This document shows positions 50,419-63,828 of a stretch of 64,000 nucleotides of DNA, one piece after another. How positions within the stretch are numbered: the first letter of the stretch is position 1; each line of letters opens with the position of its first letter. Under the pieces are notes generated by a model, which saw only the letters and a program-made list of their open reading frames with translations, did not search any database and was not told the origin of the DNA. The translations under genes were made by a program, and so were the position numbers. The DNA comes from Dictyostelium discoideum (lineage: Eukaryota), in assembly GCA_000004695.1 (NCBI GenBank), contig CM000151.3, forward strand, positions 7,520,001 to 7,584,000, in the 5' to 3' direction.

Positions 50419-50839
50419 TTTTTTTTTTTTATTTATTTTTTATATTGTATATTATGTATATGAGTGTGAATTATTATTATTTTTATTATTATTATTTTTA
50501 TATTTGAGGAGGAAAATTTATTTTAAAAAATATGTATATATATATTTAAAGATAGAAAATTATTTAATATGTGAGTGAATTATTATTATTGTACAGATGA
50601 GGCGCTAAGAAAAAAAAAAAAATATTTATATGAAAATTTTTGAACTTGATGGTAATTGAAAAAAAAAATTTTTGAAAATTTTAAAACTTAAGGGAAAAAA
50701 AAAAAAAAAAATTAGTATGTTTAATATTTAAATGAAAATAAAAATAAAAATAAAAAAAAAAAAAAAAACAAAACATATATTAAAAAAAAAAAAATTAAAA
50801 AAAAAAAAAAATTAAAAAAAAAAAAAAAAAAAATTAAAA

Positions 50840-50873
<34 letters not shown>

Positions 50874-51130
50874 AGTTACACAACGACCGGTGTTCTTTAA
50901 CTTCTTATCTAGATCTTGTTTTATTTTGTGTTTGTTTACCTGTCGCAGTTGCACAACAAAAATTTTAAAAAAATAAAACAAAAAAGGATACGAATATATA
51001 AAAAAATAAAAAAAAAATAAAAAAAAAAAAAAAAAAAAAAAAAAAATAATATAAAATTAAAAATAAAAAAATAAACCTTACAGTTTAGAGGAAAAAAAAA
51101 AAAAAAAAAAAGATATATTCTTGTATATTT

Positions 51131-51193
<63 letters not shown>

Positions 51194-51493
51194 TTATTTT
51201 TATTTATTTATTTTTGTTTTTTTATTTATATATATTTATATTATTTTTATTTATATTATTATTATTTTTATTATTATTATTTTATTATTATTATTGATAA
51301 ATTTTGTTTTATCAAAGAAACTTTATAAACAAATTATGATGAAAAAAAAAAAAAATAAAAAAAAGAATTTTAAAAAAATAATAATTATGTATATATGTTG
51401 AAAAAAAAAAATAAAAAAAAATAAAAAAAAATAAAAATAATATAAATAAAAAAAATAAAATAAAATGAAAAATAAAAAAAAAAAATTTAAAAA

Positions 51494-51529
<36 letters not shown>

Positions 51530-51743
51530 TGTGTTAATAAAATTTTATTAATTTTTATAAATTATTATTTTAAAATTTTAATTATTTTTTTTAATTTTTT
51601 TTTTTTTGTTTTGTTTGGAAATATAAAAAAAAAAAAAAAAAACCAAAAAAAACAAATTATAAATAGATTGTTACCTTTTTTGTATGTGTTAAAAAAAAAG
51701 AGAGAATATGTACAATTTATATAGTGGGATTAAAATTAAAAAT

Positions 51744-51777
<34 letters not shown>

Positions 51778-51956
51778 ACAGTATGGTGAAAAAAAAAAAA
51801 AATTAAAAAAAAAAAAAATAAAAAAAAAAAATTAATTGAAAGAAGAACTTAAGAACACTGCAAAGATTCGAATTTTTTGAAAATTATAAAAAAAAATGAT
51901 CACAATTCGCTTTGGGAGGACAGTTCACTTAATTAAAAAAAAAAATAATTTTTTGG

Positions 51957-52014
<58 letters not shown>

Positions 52015-52575
52015 AATAAAAAAAATAAAAATTTTAAAAAAAAAAAAAAAAAAAAAAAAATAAAAATCGATATGAATGTCTTTTTAAAGGAAATCTTTCC
52101 AAACTAATTATAGTTTTTAAGATTATCCAATTTTTTTAATTTTTTAACTTGTGTTGGGTAATATGGAAAAATTAAAAATTAATTTAAAAAAAATTTTGTA
52201 AATTGTATATCTTTATTTTTCAATATCACAATATATTGAATTCTTTGAAATTTTTTATCATTATTTTTTTTTTTTAATTATTTTTGTTTTTCAGATTTCA
52301 TTTATTTTTCAACTGTTTTTCATTTATTTTTGCAATGATAATTAATGCAATTTAATTTAAAAAAATGGCAAAGATCCTTAAAATCTTTGTGTGGTGATCT
52401 AATTCCCATATCACTTAAAGAATAAAAATATTTTCAAAATGAAAAAAAAAATTAATATAAATAGATTTTTTTATTTTTTTTATTCATAATAAACATAAAC
52501 AAATAAACACTTAACATAAAGAAAAATATTACAAAATTAATAAATTAAAAAATTTATAAATAATAAAAATTAAAA

Positions 52576-53184
52576 ATGGCCACTCTTTTTGATATTTTAA
52601 ATACTCTTAATAATAATAATTATTTTGAAAATTGTAAAAGACAATGTTCAATAAATAAAAGCAATAAAACAATTATTGATATAATACCACCAATGGATGT
52701 AACAATGACAAATGATAAACTAATCATTGAAACAGAGTTAGCAGGTATTTCAAAAGATCATATTGAAATTGACATTAAAGATTCAATACTCACTATTCAA
52801 GGCGAAAAGAAAAAGAATTTAAATAAACAACAACAACAATTAGTTATTGAAAAATCAACAACATCATCAACAACATTAGATAGCAAAGAAGATGAAGCAT
52901 CAATTGAGGAGTTTGAAGATGATATTAAACCAAAATCAAAGTCTACAGTCACCACCACCGCCACTAAAGAGAATAAAGAAGATGAAAATAAAACAAAATT
53001 AAGTGATAAAAAGTTTATTTCAGAAAGATCATTTGGTAATTTTAAAAGATATTTAGATTTAACAAAAGTTTTATATCAATTAGATTTAAATTCAATCAAT
53101 ACTCAATTTGAAAATGGTTTATTAACAATTACAATCAATAAGAAATTACATTACTCAAATACAATTAAAATTAATATAAATTAA
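52576..53184 (+). CDS. Small heat-shock protein (alpha-crystallin/HSP20 domain), array copy 1, 202 aa
   Basis: [13 protein letters not shown]...[43 protein letters not shown]...[18 protein letters not shown]...[17 protein letters not shown] is a canonical alpha-crystallin-domain layout. It resembles the Dictyostelium hspG family. Confidence 0.8.
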   Translation: MATLFDILNTLNNNNYFENCKRQCSINKSNKTIIDIIPPMDVTMTNDKLIIETELAGISKDHIEIDIKDSILTIQGEKKKNLNKQQQQLVIEKSTTSSTTLDSKEDEASIEEFEDDIKPKSKSTVTTTATKENKEDENKTKLSDKKFISERSFGNFKRYLDLTKVLYQLDLNSINTQFENGLLTITINKKLHYSNTIKININ

Positions 53185-53712
53185 CCATTGGTCACCTTTA
53201 TTTTCATTCTTTACAAATACATGTATAATATTAATAAATTATAATAAATTATTATTTCTTTAAAATTATTTAAATAAAAAACTTTAAAAAAGATAAATAA
53301 AAAATCATTTCCAGAAATTTTTTTAAATTTTTTTTTTTATTTAAAACTTGATTTATATTTTTTTTATTTTATTTTTATTAAAAGAGAAATTAAAAATTAA
53401 AACATGTGGATTAAATGTTGGTTTATTAAATTTACCTTCAATAAAAATGATAGATAATTTTTTAAAAAAAAAAAAAAATAAAAAAAAAATTCAAAAGATA
53501 TAAATATCTCAAGTTATAATAAAATATTTTGTTCACTTGAAAATAATAGGCAATTATTTTTTTATAAAAAAAATAGAAATAAAATACTTTTAATTATTTA
53601 AATTCAAAACTTTTTATTATTTTTTAAAGAATTCTCTTTTTTATTTTATAATTATTATGGAAATTATTTTTTTTTTTGCCCTCATAAAAAATTAGAATCA
53701 CCAATCCAACTT

Positions 53713-53755
<43 letters not shown>

Positions 53756-54079
53756 TAAATTTTCATTTATATTTCAATTGTTTTTCATTTATTTTCACAA
53801 AGTTGTTCAGTGGAAGTTAAGTTATAAAATAACAATGATTCATAAAATCTTCGTGTAAAAAAATTTTTCATGTAATTTCCTTGTCATGGGGATTCATAAC
53901 TTTAAGGAGTAAAAAAAAAAAAAAAAAAAAAAATAAATAGTTTAAAAAACTTTTTTTTTTTTTCATTAAAACAAAAACAAAAATAAAAATTAAATTAAAT
54001 AAATAATAAATAAATAAACAAATAAAAAATCAAACAAATATATAAAAAAATAAAAAAATAAAAAAATAAAAAATTAAAA

Positions 54080-54712
54080 ATGGCAACAATCTTTGATATT
54101 TTAAATACTCTTAATAATAATAATAATAATAATAATTTTGAAAATTGTAAAAGACAATGTCCAATTAATAAAAGCAATAAAACGATTATTGATAAACTAC
54201 CACCAATGGATGTAACAATGACAAATGATAAATTAATCATTGAAACAGAGTTAGCAGGTATTTCAAAAGATCATATTGAAATTGATATTAAAGATTCAAT
54301 ACTCACTATTCAAGGTGAAAAGAAAAAGAATTTAAATAAACAACAACAACAATTAGTTATTGAAAAATCAACATCATCATCAACATTAGATAGCAAAGAA
54401 GATGAGCCATCGATTGAAGAGTTTGAAGATGATATTAAACCAAAATCAAAATCTGACAATACAACTGTATCTACTACAACCACCGCCACCACTAAAGAGA
54501 ACAAAGAAGATGAAAATAAAACAAAATCAACTGATAAAAAGTTTATTTCAGAAAGATCATTTGGTAATTTTAAAAGATATTTAGATTTAACAAAAATTTT
54601 ATATCAATTAGATTTAAATTCAATCAATACTCAATTTGAAAATGGTTTATTAACAATTACAATCAATAAGAAATTACATTATTCAAATACAATTAAAATT
54701 AATATAAATTAA
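54080..54712 (+). CDS. Small heat-shock protein (alpha-crystallin domain), array copy 2, 210 aa
   Basis: More than 90% identical to copy 1 by eye. It differs in the poly-N and S/T linker lengths. Confidence 0.8.
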   Translation: MATIFDILNTLNNNNNNNNFENCKRQCPINKSNKTIIDKLPPMDVTMTNDKLIIETELAGISKDHIEIDIKDSILTIQGEKKKNLNKQQQQLVIEKSTSSSTLDSKEDEPSIEEFEDDIKPKSKSDNTTVSTTTTATTKENKEDENKTKSTDKKFISERSFGNFKRYLDLTKILYQLDLNSINTQFENGLLTITINKKLHYSNTIKININ

Positions 54713-54904
54713 CTCCACTTTTATTTTCCCTTCTTTATAATTCTGAAAGTACATGTACATAATAGTAATAGTAATAATAATATTTTAATAATAAAATTAA
54801 TAAAATAAAAAAAAATAAAAAAACATTTAATTTAATTTTTCTTCTTCTTTTTCTTTTTTTTTTTTATTTAATATTTAATTTTTAATATTAATTGTATTTT
54901 TTGA

Positions 54905-55150
54905 TACTATCATTGCCCAAAATATTTCATTTATCGAAAATTCTATTTATATCTATTAAATATGCATCAGATTTTGATAAAGGAACAATATTATCATCAT
55001 TTGATATTATTGAATTTAATTTAGAAATTATTTTGTAATTAATTAATTAATATTATCAATTTTAAGAAATAATATATATATTTTTAAATAATTAATTATT
55101 ACATTTCATTTAAAAAATGATGATTTATAATCACCTCATTTAAATTTATT
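54905..55150 (-). pseudogene. Deleted remnant of the GNAT-like gene (3' part of exon 1 and 5' part of exon 2)
   Basis: 'cattgcccaaaatatttcatttatcgaaaattctatttatatctattaaatatgcatcagattttgataaaggaacaatattatcatcatttgat...' and '...ttacatttcatttaaaaaatgatgatttataatcacctcatttaaattt' match segments of the 56790-57904 gene. The remainder is missing. Confidence 0.6.
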
Positions 55151-55436
55151 TATTTTATTTTATTTTATTTTTATTTTTTTTAAAATCTATTTTTTATATG
55201 AAATATTATCCCTCTTGTTCTTTAAAATAAAAAAAAAAAAAATTATTAAAAATGATTATAAATAATTAAATTCTAAAAATAAAATTTTGGTAAAAAAAAA
55301 AAAAAAAAAAATTCAGAAAACAGAATTATCACATTCATTTTTTTATATTTTATATCATTTTGTGTATTTTTGAGTGTTCTATTGTTATATACTAAATTCA
55401 TAATAAAAATAAATAAAAATAAATAATTGTTTGAAA

Positions 55437-55467
<31 letters not shown>

Positions 55468-55594
55468 TTTATTAAGGACATTCCAATTGTTTTTTATCCA
55501 TAAAAAATTATTGGTCAGAATAATAAAAAGTTTATATTCCCACCATTATGAGGTATTCAAGTTTTAAAACCTAACTTAATTTTCTTTTTTTATT

Positions 55595-55637
<43 letters not shown>

Positions 55638-55966
55638 TTTTTTTTTTTTAAAATTTTCATTAAATTTTCATTTATTTTCTAATTGTTTTTCTTTTACTTT
55701 CACAATGTTTTTCAGTGGAAGTTAAGTTATAAAATAACAATGATTCATAAAATGTTCGTGTAAAATAATTTTTTGAGAATAACTTCCATGTAATGGTGAT
55801 TCATAACTTTAAGAATAAAAATATTTTTCAAAATGAAAAAAAAAAAATAATATAAATAGTTTAAAAACCTTTCTTTTTTTCTTCATTAAAACAAAAACAA
55901 ATAAAACAAAAACAAATAAAAATTAAATAAATAAATAAATAAATATAAAAAAAAAAACTTTTAAAA

Positions 55967-56590
55967 ATGGCAACAATCTTTGATATTTTAAATACTCTTA
56001 ATAATAATAATTTTGAAAATTGTAAAAGACAATGTTCAACCAATAAAAGCAATAAAACAATTATTGATATACTACCACCAATGGATGTAACAATGACAAA
56101 TGATAAACTAATCATTGAAACAGAGTTAGCAGGTATTTCAAAAGATCAAATTGAAATTGACATTAAAGATTCAATACTCACCATTCAAGGTGAAAAGAAA
56201 AAGAATTTAAATAAACAACAACAACAATTAGTTATTGAAAAATCATCAACATCACCATCATCATCAACATTAGATAGCAAAGAAAACGGACCATCAATTG
56301 AAGAGTTTGAAGATGATATTAAGCCAAAATCAACCACCAGTACTACAACTGTATCTACAGCCACCACCACAAAAGAGAATAAAGAAGATGAAAATAAAAC
56401 AAAATCAAGTGATAAAAAGTTTATTTCAGAAAGATCATTTGGTAATTTTAAAAGATATTTAGATTTAACAAAAGTTTTATATCAATTAGATTTAAATTCA
56501 ATCAATACTCAATTTGAAAATGGTTTATTAACAATTACAATCAATAAGAAATTACATTACTCAAATACAATTAAAATTAATATAAATTAA
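55967..56590 (+). CDS. Small heat-shock protein (alpha-crystallin domain), array copy 3, 207 aa
   Basis: Same family as copies 1 and 2. A conserved upstream block with TATAAATAG lies about 115 bp 5' of the ATG. Confidence 0.8.
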   Translation: MATIFDILNTLNNNNFENCKRQCSTNKSNKTIIDILPPMDVTMTNDKLIIETELAGISKDQIEIDIKDSILTIQGEKKKNLNKQQQQLVIEKSSTSPSSSTLDSKENGPSIEEFEDDIKPKSTTSTTTVSTATTTKENKEDENKTKSSDKKFISERSFGNFKRYLDLTKVLYQLDLNSINTQFENGLLTITINKKLHYSNTIKININ

Positions 56591-56789
56591 CCAGTGGTCA
56601 CCTTCTTTATAATTCTGAAAATACATGTACATAATAAATAATAAATAGTAATAAATAATAATAATAATAATAAAATAAATACTTTTTTTGTAAATTGTTT
56701 AAAATATTTAATTTTAATTTTTTTTTTTTTTTTTTTATTTATTTATTTTTTTTTTTTTTTTTGTTTTATTTAATATTTAATATATAAAG

Positions 56790-57421
56790 TTAATTTTTAT
56801 TTTTTGAAATAATCATAGTTGTTACAGAATAGGAATATTTAAAACCTAATTTTTCAACGAGAGAATTTGATATTGTATTATCATACACAGTTGAACATAA
56901 AGGTATAATATTATTTTCAATTGATGATAATGTTAATTTTGCTTTAACTTTTAATGCAATACCTTTACATCTAAATTCTGGCAATGTGTATAAATTTGAT
57001 GATTTTCCATCAGATTTAATATAATTCCAACAAACTAAATTATTACTATTATTAATTTTCTTTTCGTCATTTTCATCAACTATTATATTGACTTTATTAT
57101 TACTAGTAGTTTTATAACCAAATGCTAAACCATTTTCAATTGCCCAAAATATTTCATTTATTGAAAATTCCGTTTTATATCTATAATTGTCATTTATAAA
57201 ATATGCATCTGATTTTGATAAAGGAACAATATTATTATCATTTGAAATTATTGAATTTAATTTAGAAATTATTTTGATTTTATTTTCCATATCATTAATA
57301 TCTATAATAAAATGATTATAAAAAGGAACTGTTTTAATTTTAAATCCACATTCTTGGAAAAATTCTTCAATGAATTTAACTAAAATTGGATTTTCAATAT
57401 CTCCAAAATAAAAAGTATTAC

Positions 57422-57455
<34 letters not shown>

Positions 57456-57904
57456 AAGAGAATTAATAAATATAAAAATACAATAGTTATCTATTTTTAG
57501 AAATAATATACATATATTGTTAATAATTATTACATTTCATTTGAAAAATGATGATTTAAAATTGCATCATTTAAATTTGTTTTTTTTAATAGTTCCTCCA
57601 TTTCAATAGCATTTATACTATTGAAATATCCTTTTTCCCAATCAATTGATTTAATTACATTTTTAACGATTTCAAAATCTAAATTTTCATTATTTAATGT
57701 AAATAATTTTATAAAATTTGTAATTAATGATATTGATACTATTACACTCGGTGAATCATAATTATCTGTAAAATATTCATATAATCCAATTTTAGTTTGG
57801 TTTTCAATAAAATCAAATTGAGGAAATCCTTTTGTTTTTTTGAAAAAACTTTTGTCTTTTATGTGTATTAGTATTGATTTTTTATTATTTTCTTTTATTA
57901 ACAT
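56790..57904 (-). CDS. GNAT-fold acyl/acetyltransferase-like protein, two exons, unit A, intact. Model is complement(join(56790..57420,57534..57904)), about 333 aa.
   Basis: Exon 1 MLIKENNKKSILIHIKDKSFFKKTKGFPQFDF...NHHFSNE ends at|GTAATA. The acceptor is tatAG|t, phase 2. Exon 2 is ...GDIENPILVKFIEEFFQECGFKIKTVPFYNHF...VCWNYIKSDGKSSNLYTLPEFRCKGIALKVKAKLTLSSIENNIIPLCSTVYDNTISNSLVEKLGFKY..., which carries the GNAT motif-A pattern (R-x-x-G-x-A ... EKLGF). Confidence 0.6.
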
Positions 57905-58372
57905 TTTTATTTATTTTTTAAAAACTACATAAACCCTCTAAATAATAATAATAAAAAAAAAAAAAAAAAAAAAAACAAATTTAAAAAAAAAATAAACAAA
58001 TAAAAAAAAAAAACAAATAAATTAAAAAAAAAAAAAAAAATTTAAAAAAAAAAAAAAGTAAAAGTGTGTTGAATAATTTCTTTTTTAATTTCATGATAAA
58101 CAGTTATTACTATTCAATTTATTTAAATACATGTTTGTTATAATTATTTTTTTAATTGTTTTCTAAAAATTATATTACACTTCAAACACAACAAAAATTA
58201 TGTTGAGAAAAGTAGGTGGATGCGGACATGACCGCTTCTGTTTAATTAAAAAAATTATTATTATATTATTATTATTTTCTAAAAATTTTATATTTTATAT
58301 GATTTTGTGTATTTTTGAGTGTTCTATTGTAATTAACTAAATTCATAATAAAAATAAATAAAATTAAATATT

Positions 58373-58411
<39 letters not shown>

Positions 58412-58925
58412 TTAAGTAATTATTAAGGACAATCCAATTGTTTTTTATCCATAAAAAATTATTGGTCAGAGTAATAAAAAAAGTTTATATTCCCATTATC
58501 ATGAGATATTCAAGTTTTACAACCTTATTTTCCTTTTTTTATTTCATTTTTTTTTTTTTTTTATTTTTTTTAAAAATTTCATTAAATTTTCATTTATTTT
58601 CTAATTGTTTTTCATTTACTTTCACAATGTTTTTCAGTGGAAGTTAAGTTATAAAATGACAATGATTCATAAAATGTTTGTGTAAAATAAATTTTGAGAA
58701 TAACTTCCATGTAATGGTGATTCATAACTTTAAGAATAAAAATATTTTCAAAATGAAAAAAAAAAAAATAATATAAATAGTTTAAAAATCTTTCTTTTTT
58801 CTTCATTAAAACAAAAACAAAAACAAATAAAAATTAAATAAATAAATAAGTAAATAAATAAATAAATTAAATAGTAACTAAATTAATTATTATTAAATAA
58901 ATATATAAAAAAAAAACTTTTAAAA

Positions 58926-59561
58926 ATGGCAACAATCTTTGATATTTTAAATACTCTTAATAATAATAATAATAATAATTTTGAAAATTGTAAAAGACAA
59001 TGCTCAACCAATAAAAGCAATAAGACAATTATTGATATACTACCACCAATGGATGTAACAATGACAAATGATAAACTAATCATTGAAACAGAGTTAGCAG
59101 GTATTTCAAAAGATCATATTGAAATTGACATTAAAGATTCAATACTCACTATTCAAGGTGAAAAGAAAAAGAATTTAAATAAACAACAACAACAATTAGT
59201 TATTGAAAAATCATCAACATCACCATCATCATCAACATTAGATAGCAAAGAAGATGAACCATCAATTGAAGAGTTTGAAGATGATATTAAACCAAAATCA
59301 ACCACCAGTACTACAACTGTATCTACTACCACCACCGCCACTAAAGAGAATAAAGAAGATGAAAATAAAACAAAACCAACTGATAAAAAGTTTATTTCAG
59401 AAAGATCATTTGGTAATTTTAAAAGATATTTAGATTTAACAAAAGTTTTATATCAATTAGATTTAAATTCAATCAATACTCAATTTGAAAATGGTTTATT
59501 AACAATTACAATCAATAAGAAATTACATTATCCAAATCCAATTAAAATTAATATAAATTAA
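58926..59561 (+). CDS. Small heat-shock protein (alpha-crystallin domain), array copy 4, 211 aa
   Basis: Same family. The C-terminus reads ...[13 protein letters not shown], with two substitutions relative to the other copies. Confidence 0.8.
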
Positions 59562-59759
59562 CCAGTGGTCGCCTTCTTTATAATTGCGAAAATACATGTA
59601 CATAATAAATAATAAATAATAATAAATAATAATAAAAAAAAAAAAAAAAAAAAAAAATAATAAATACTTCTTTGTAAATTCTTTTAATAAAAAAAAAAAA
59701 AAATATTTAATTTTATTTTTATTTTTAATTTTTTTTTTTTTTTTTGTTTTATTTTATAT

Positions 59760-60877
59760 TTAATATATAAAGTTAATTTTATTTTTTGAAATAATCATTG
59801 TTGTTACAGAATAGGAATATTTAAAACCTAATTTTTCAATAAGAGAATTTGATGGTGTATTATCATATGCTACCGAACATAAAGGTATAATATTATTTTC
59901 AATTGATGATAATGTTAATTTTGCTTTAACTTTTAATAATACCTTTACATCTAAACTCTGGTAATGTGTGTAAATTTGATGATTTTCCATCAGATTTAAT
60001 ATAATTCCAGCAAACTAAATTATTACTATTATTAATTTTCTTTTCTTCATTTTCGTCAACAACTATATTGACTCCATTATTATTTTTATTATTATTATTA
60101 TTATCATTATTAATTTTATAACCAAATGCTAAACCATTTTCAATTGCCCAAAATATTTCATTTATTGAAAATTCTGTTTTATATTTATAATTGTCATTTA
60201 TAAAATATGCATCTGATTTTGATAAAGGAACAATATTATCATCATTTGAAATTATTGAATTTAATTTAGAAATTATTTTGATTTTATTATCTATATCATT
60301 AATATCAATAATAAAATGATTATAAAAAGGAACTGTTTTTATTTCAAACCCACATTCATGGAAATATTCTTCAATGAATTTTACTAATATTGGGTTTTCA
60401 ATATCTCCAAAATAAAAAGTGTCTCTAAAAAAAAAAAAAAATAATTCATAGAATTAATAAATATAAAAATACAATAGTTATCTATTTTGTGTTAATAATA
60501 ATTACATTTCATTTGAAAAATGATGATTTAAAATCGCATTTATTTGATTTGTCTTTTTTAATAGTTCATCCATTTCAATAGAATTCATACTATTGAAATA
60601 TCATTTTTTCCAATCAATTGATTTAATTACATTTTTAACGATTTCAAAATCTAAATTTTCATTATTTAATGTAAATAATTTTATAAAATTTGTAATTAAT
60701 GATATTGATACTATTACACTTGGTGAATCATAATTATCTGTAAAAAATTCATATAATCCAATTTTAATTTGGTTTTCAAATAATATCAAATTGAGGAAAT
60801 CCTTTTGTTTTTTTGAAAAAACTTTTGTCTTTTATATGTATTAATATTGATTTTTTATTATTTTCTTTTACTAACAT
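59760..60877 (-). pseudogene. GNAT-like gene, unit B, pseudogenised
   Basis: Relative to unit A, exon 2 has a 2-nt deletion ('aatgcaatacc' has become 'aataatacc'), which shifts the frame. Exon 1 has a nonsense change ('gattgggaaaaagga' has become 'gattggaaaaaatga', W-K-K-stop). The ORF track shows only 76-aa and 62-aa pieces here. Confidence 0.7.
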
Positions 60878-61348
60878 ATTTATTTATTTATAAGCTCAAA
60901 AACCCACTAAATAATAACACCAAAAAAAAAAAAATAAAAAATAAATTAAAAAAAAAAATAAACAAATAAAAAAAAAAAAATTAAAAAAAAAAAAAAAGTA
61001 AAAGTGTGTTCTATAATTTCTTTTTTAATTTCATGAAAACAGTAAATACTGTTCAATTTATTTAAATACATATTTGTTATAATTATTTTTAAATTGTTTT
61101 CTAAAAATTTTATTAAACTATTTTTTTTTTAAATCTATTTTTTAATATAAAATGTATTCCCTTTAATTATTCTTCAAAATAAAAAAAATAATTATAAAAA
61201 ATGAATGATTCTAACTTAAAAAAAAAAAAAAAAAAAAAAAAACAGAATGATTAAATTCAATTTTTTTATATTTTATAAGACCTTGTGTAATCTGGAGCGT
61301 TCTATGTTTATATACTAAATTCATATTAAAAATAAATAAAATTAAATC

Positions 61349-61380
<32 letters not shown>

Positions 61381-61913
61381 TTAAAGTGTCAAATTAAATA
61401 TTTATCAAGGATGTATCACTTTTTTTTTATCATAAAAAATTATTGAAGAGTTATAAAAAAAGTTCATATTCCCATTATGAGGGATTCAAGTTTTAAAGTT
61501 ATAAGAAAAGTTTATATTCCCATTATGAGGTATTCAAGTTTTACATAACCCATTTTCCTATTTAATTTTTTTTTTTTTTTTAAAAAATTTCATTTATTTT
61601 TCAATTATTTTTCATTTATTTTCACAATGTTTTTCAGTGGAAGTTAAGTTATAAAATAATAATTATTCATAAAATGTTCGTGTAAAATAATTTTTTGCGA
61701 ATGACTTCCATGTAATGGTGATTCACAATTTTAGGAATAAAAATATTTTCAAAATGAAAAAAAAATAATATAAATAGTTTAAAAATCTTTCTTTTTTTAA
61801 AACAAAAACAAAAACAAAAACAAAAACAAAAACAAAAACAAAAACAAATAAAAAAGTAAACAAAAAATAAAATTAATTATTATTAAATAAATAAAAAAAA
61901 AAAAATTTTAAAA

Positions 61914-62519
61914 ATGGCAACAATCTTTGATATTTTAAATACTCTTAATAATAATAATTTTAAAAATTGTAAAAGACAATGTCCAATTAATAAAAGCAAT
62001 AAAACAATTATTGATATAATACCATCAATGGATGTAACAATGACAAATGATAAACTAATCATTGAAACAGAGTTAGCAGGTATTTCAAAAGATGATATTG
62101 AAATTGACATTAAAGATTCAATACTCACTATTCAAGGTGAAAAGAAAAAGAATTTAAATAAACAACAACAACAATTAGTTAGTGAAAAATCATCAACATC
62201 ACCATCAACATTAGATAGCAAAGAAGATGAACCATCAATTGAAGAGTTTGAAGATGACATTAAACCAAAATCAGCCACCAGTACTACAACCACCACCACT
62301 AAAGAGAACAAAGATGATGAAAATAAAACAAAATCAAGTGATAAAAAGTTTATTTCAGAAAGATCATTTGGTAATTTTAAAAGATATTTAGATTTAACAA
62401 AAGTTTTATATCAATTAGATTTAAATTCAATCAATACTCAATTTGAAAATGGTTTATTAACAATTACAATCAATAAGAAATTACATTACTCAAATACAAT
62501 TAAAATTAATATAAATTAA
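61914..62519 (+). CDS. Small heat-shock protein (alpha-crystallin domain), array copy 5, 201 aa
   Basis: Same family. Confidence 0.8.
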
Positions 62520-62701
62520 CCAGTGGTCACCTTTATTTTCCTATTCTTTACAATTCTGAAAATACATGTACATAATAAATAATAATATATTTAATAAAAA
62601 ATAATAAATACTTTTTTGTAAATACTTTAAAATAAAAAAAAAAGCATTTAATTTAACATTTCTTTTTTCCTTTTTTTTATTGTTTTATTTATTTAATATT
62701 A

Positions 62702-63828
62702 TTATTCAAAATTAATTTTATTTTTTGATATTACCATTACTGCCATAGAATAGGAATATTTAAAACCTAATTTTTCAATAAGAGAAATTGAATTTATATT
62801 ATCATGTGATGTTGAACATAATGGTATAATATTATTTTCAATTGATGATAATGTTAATTTTGCTTTTACTTTTAATGCAACACCTTTACATCTAAATTCT
62901 GGTAACGTGTATAAATTTGATGATTTTCCATCAGATTTAATAAAATTCCAACAAACTAAATCATTACTATTTTTAACTTTCTTTTCTTTTTCATCATTTT
63001 CATCAAAAACTATATTGACTTTATTATTATTTTTATTTTTATTATTATAATTATTATTATTATTATAATTATTAATTTTATAACCAAATGCTAAACCATT
63101 TTCAATTGCCCAAAATATTTCATTTATTGAAAATTCCGTTTTATATTTATAATTGTCATTTATAAAATATGCATCAGATTTTGATAAAGGAACAATATTA
63201 TTATCATTTGAAATTATTGAATTTAATTTAGAAATTATTTTGATTTTATTATCTATATTATTGATATCAATAATATAATGATTAAAAGGAAATGTTTTAA
63301 CTTCAAATCCACATTCTTGGAAATATTTTTCAATGAATTTAACTAAAATTGGATTTTCAATATCTCCAAAATAAAAAGTATTACTAAATAAATAAATTAA
63401 AAAAGGAAAAAAGAAATTATTAGTTTTGAAATAATATGTATAAAAATTAATTATTACATTTCATTTGAAAAATGATGATTTAAAATTGCATCATTTAAAT
63501 TTGTTTTTTTTAATAGTTCCTCCATTTCAATAGCATTAAAACTATTGAAATATCCTTCTTTCCAATCAATTGATTTAATTACATTTTTAACGATTTCAAA
63601 ATCTAAATTTTCATTATTTAATGTAAATAATTTTATAAAATTTGTAATTAATGATATTGATACTATTACACTCGGTGAATCATAATTATCTGTAAAAAAT
63701 TCATATAATCCAATTTTAATTTGATTTTCAATAAAATCAAATTGAGGAAATCCTTTTGTTTTTTTGAAAAAACTTTTATCTTTTATATGTATTAATATTG
63801 ATTTTTTATTATTTTCTTTTAATAACAT
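62702..63828 (-). CDS. GNAT-like gene, unit C, apparently intact. Model is complement(join(62702..63383,63458..63828)), about 350 aa.
   Basis: Hand translation of exon 2 stays in frame with unit A and has two in-frame N-rich insertions (+9 nt, +39 nt). Exon 2 is missing from the ORF track only because it contains no ATG/GTG/TTG until near its end. Splice signals are conserved (|GTAATA ... tttAG|). Confidence 0.5.

Noticed and set aside
55640-55965. Canonical heat-shock elements in the sHSP promoters
   Set aside because: Only gapped or imperfect GAA/TTC pairs were found by eye (for example aGAAtaacTTCc with 4-nt spacing, or TTCagtgGAAg). No clean nGAAnnTTCnnGAAn triplet was seen, so no HSE is annotated. 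A TATAAATAG box about 115 bp upstream of each ATG is present.
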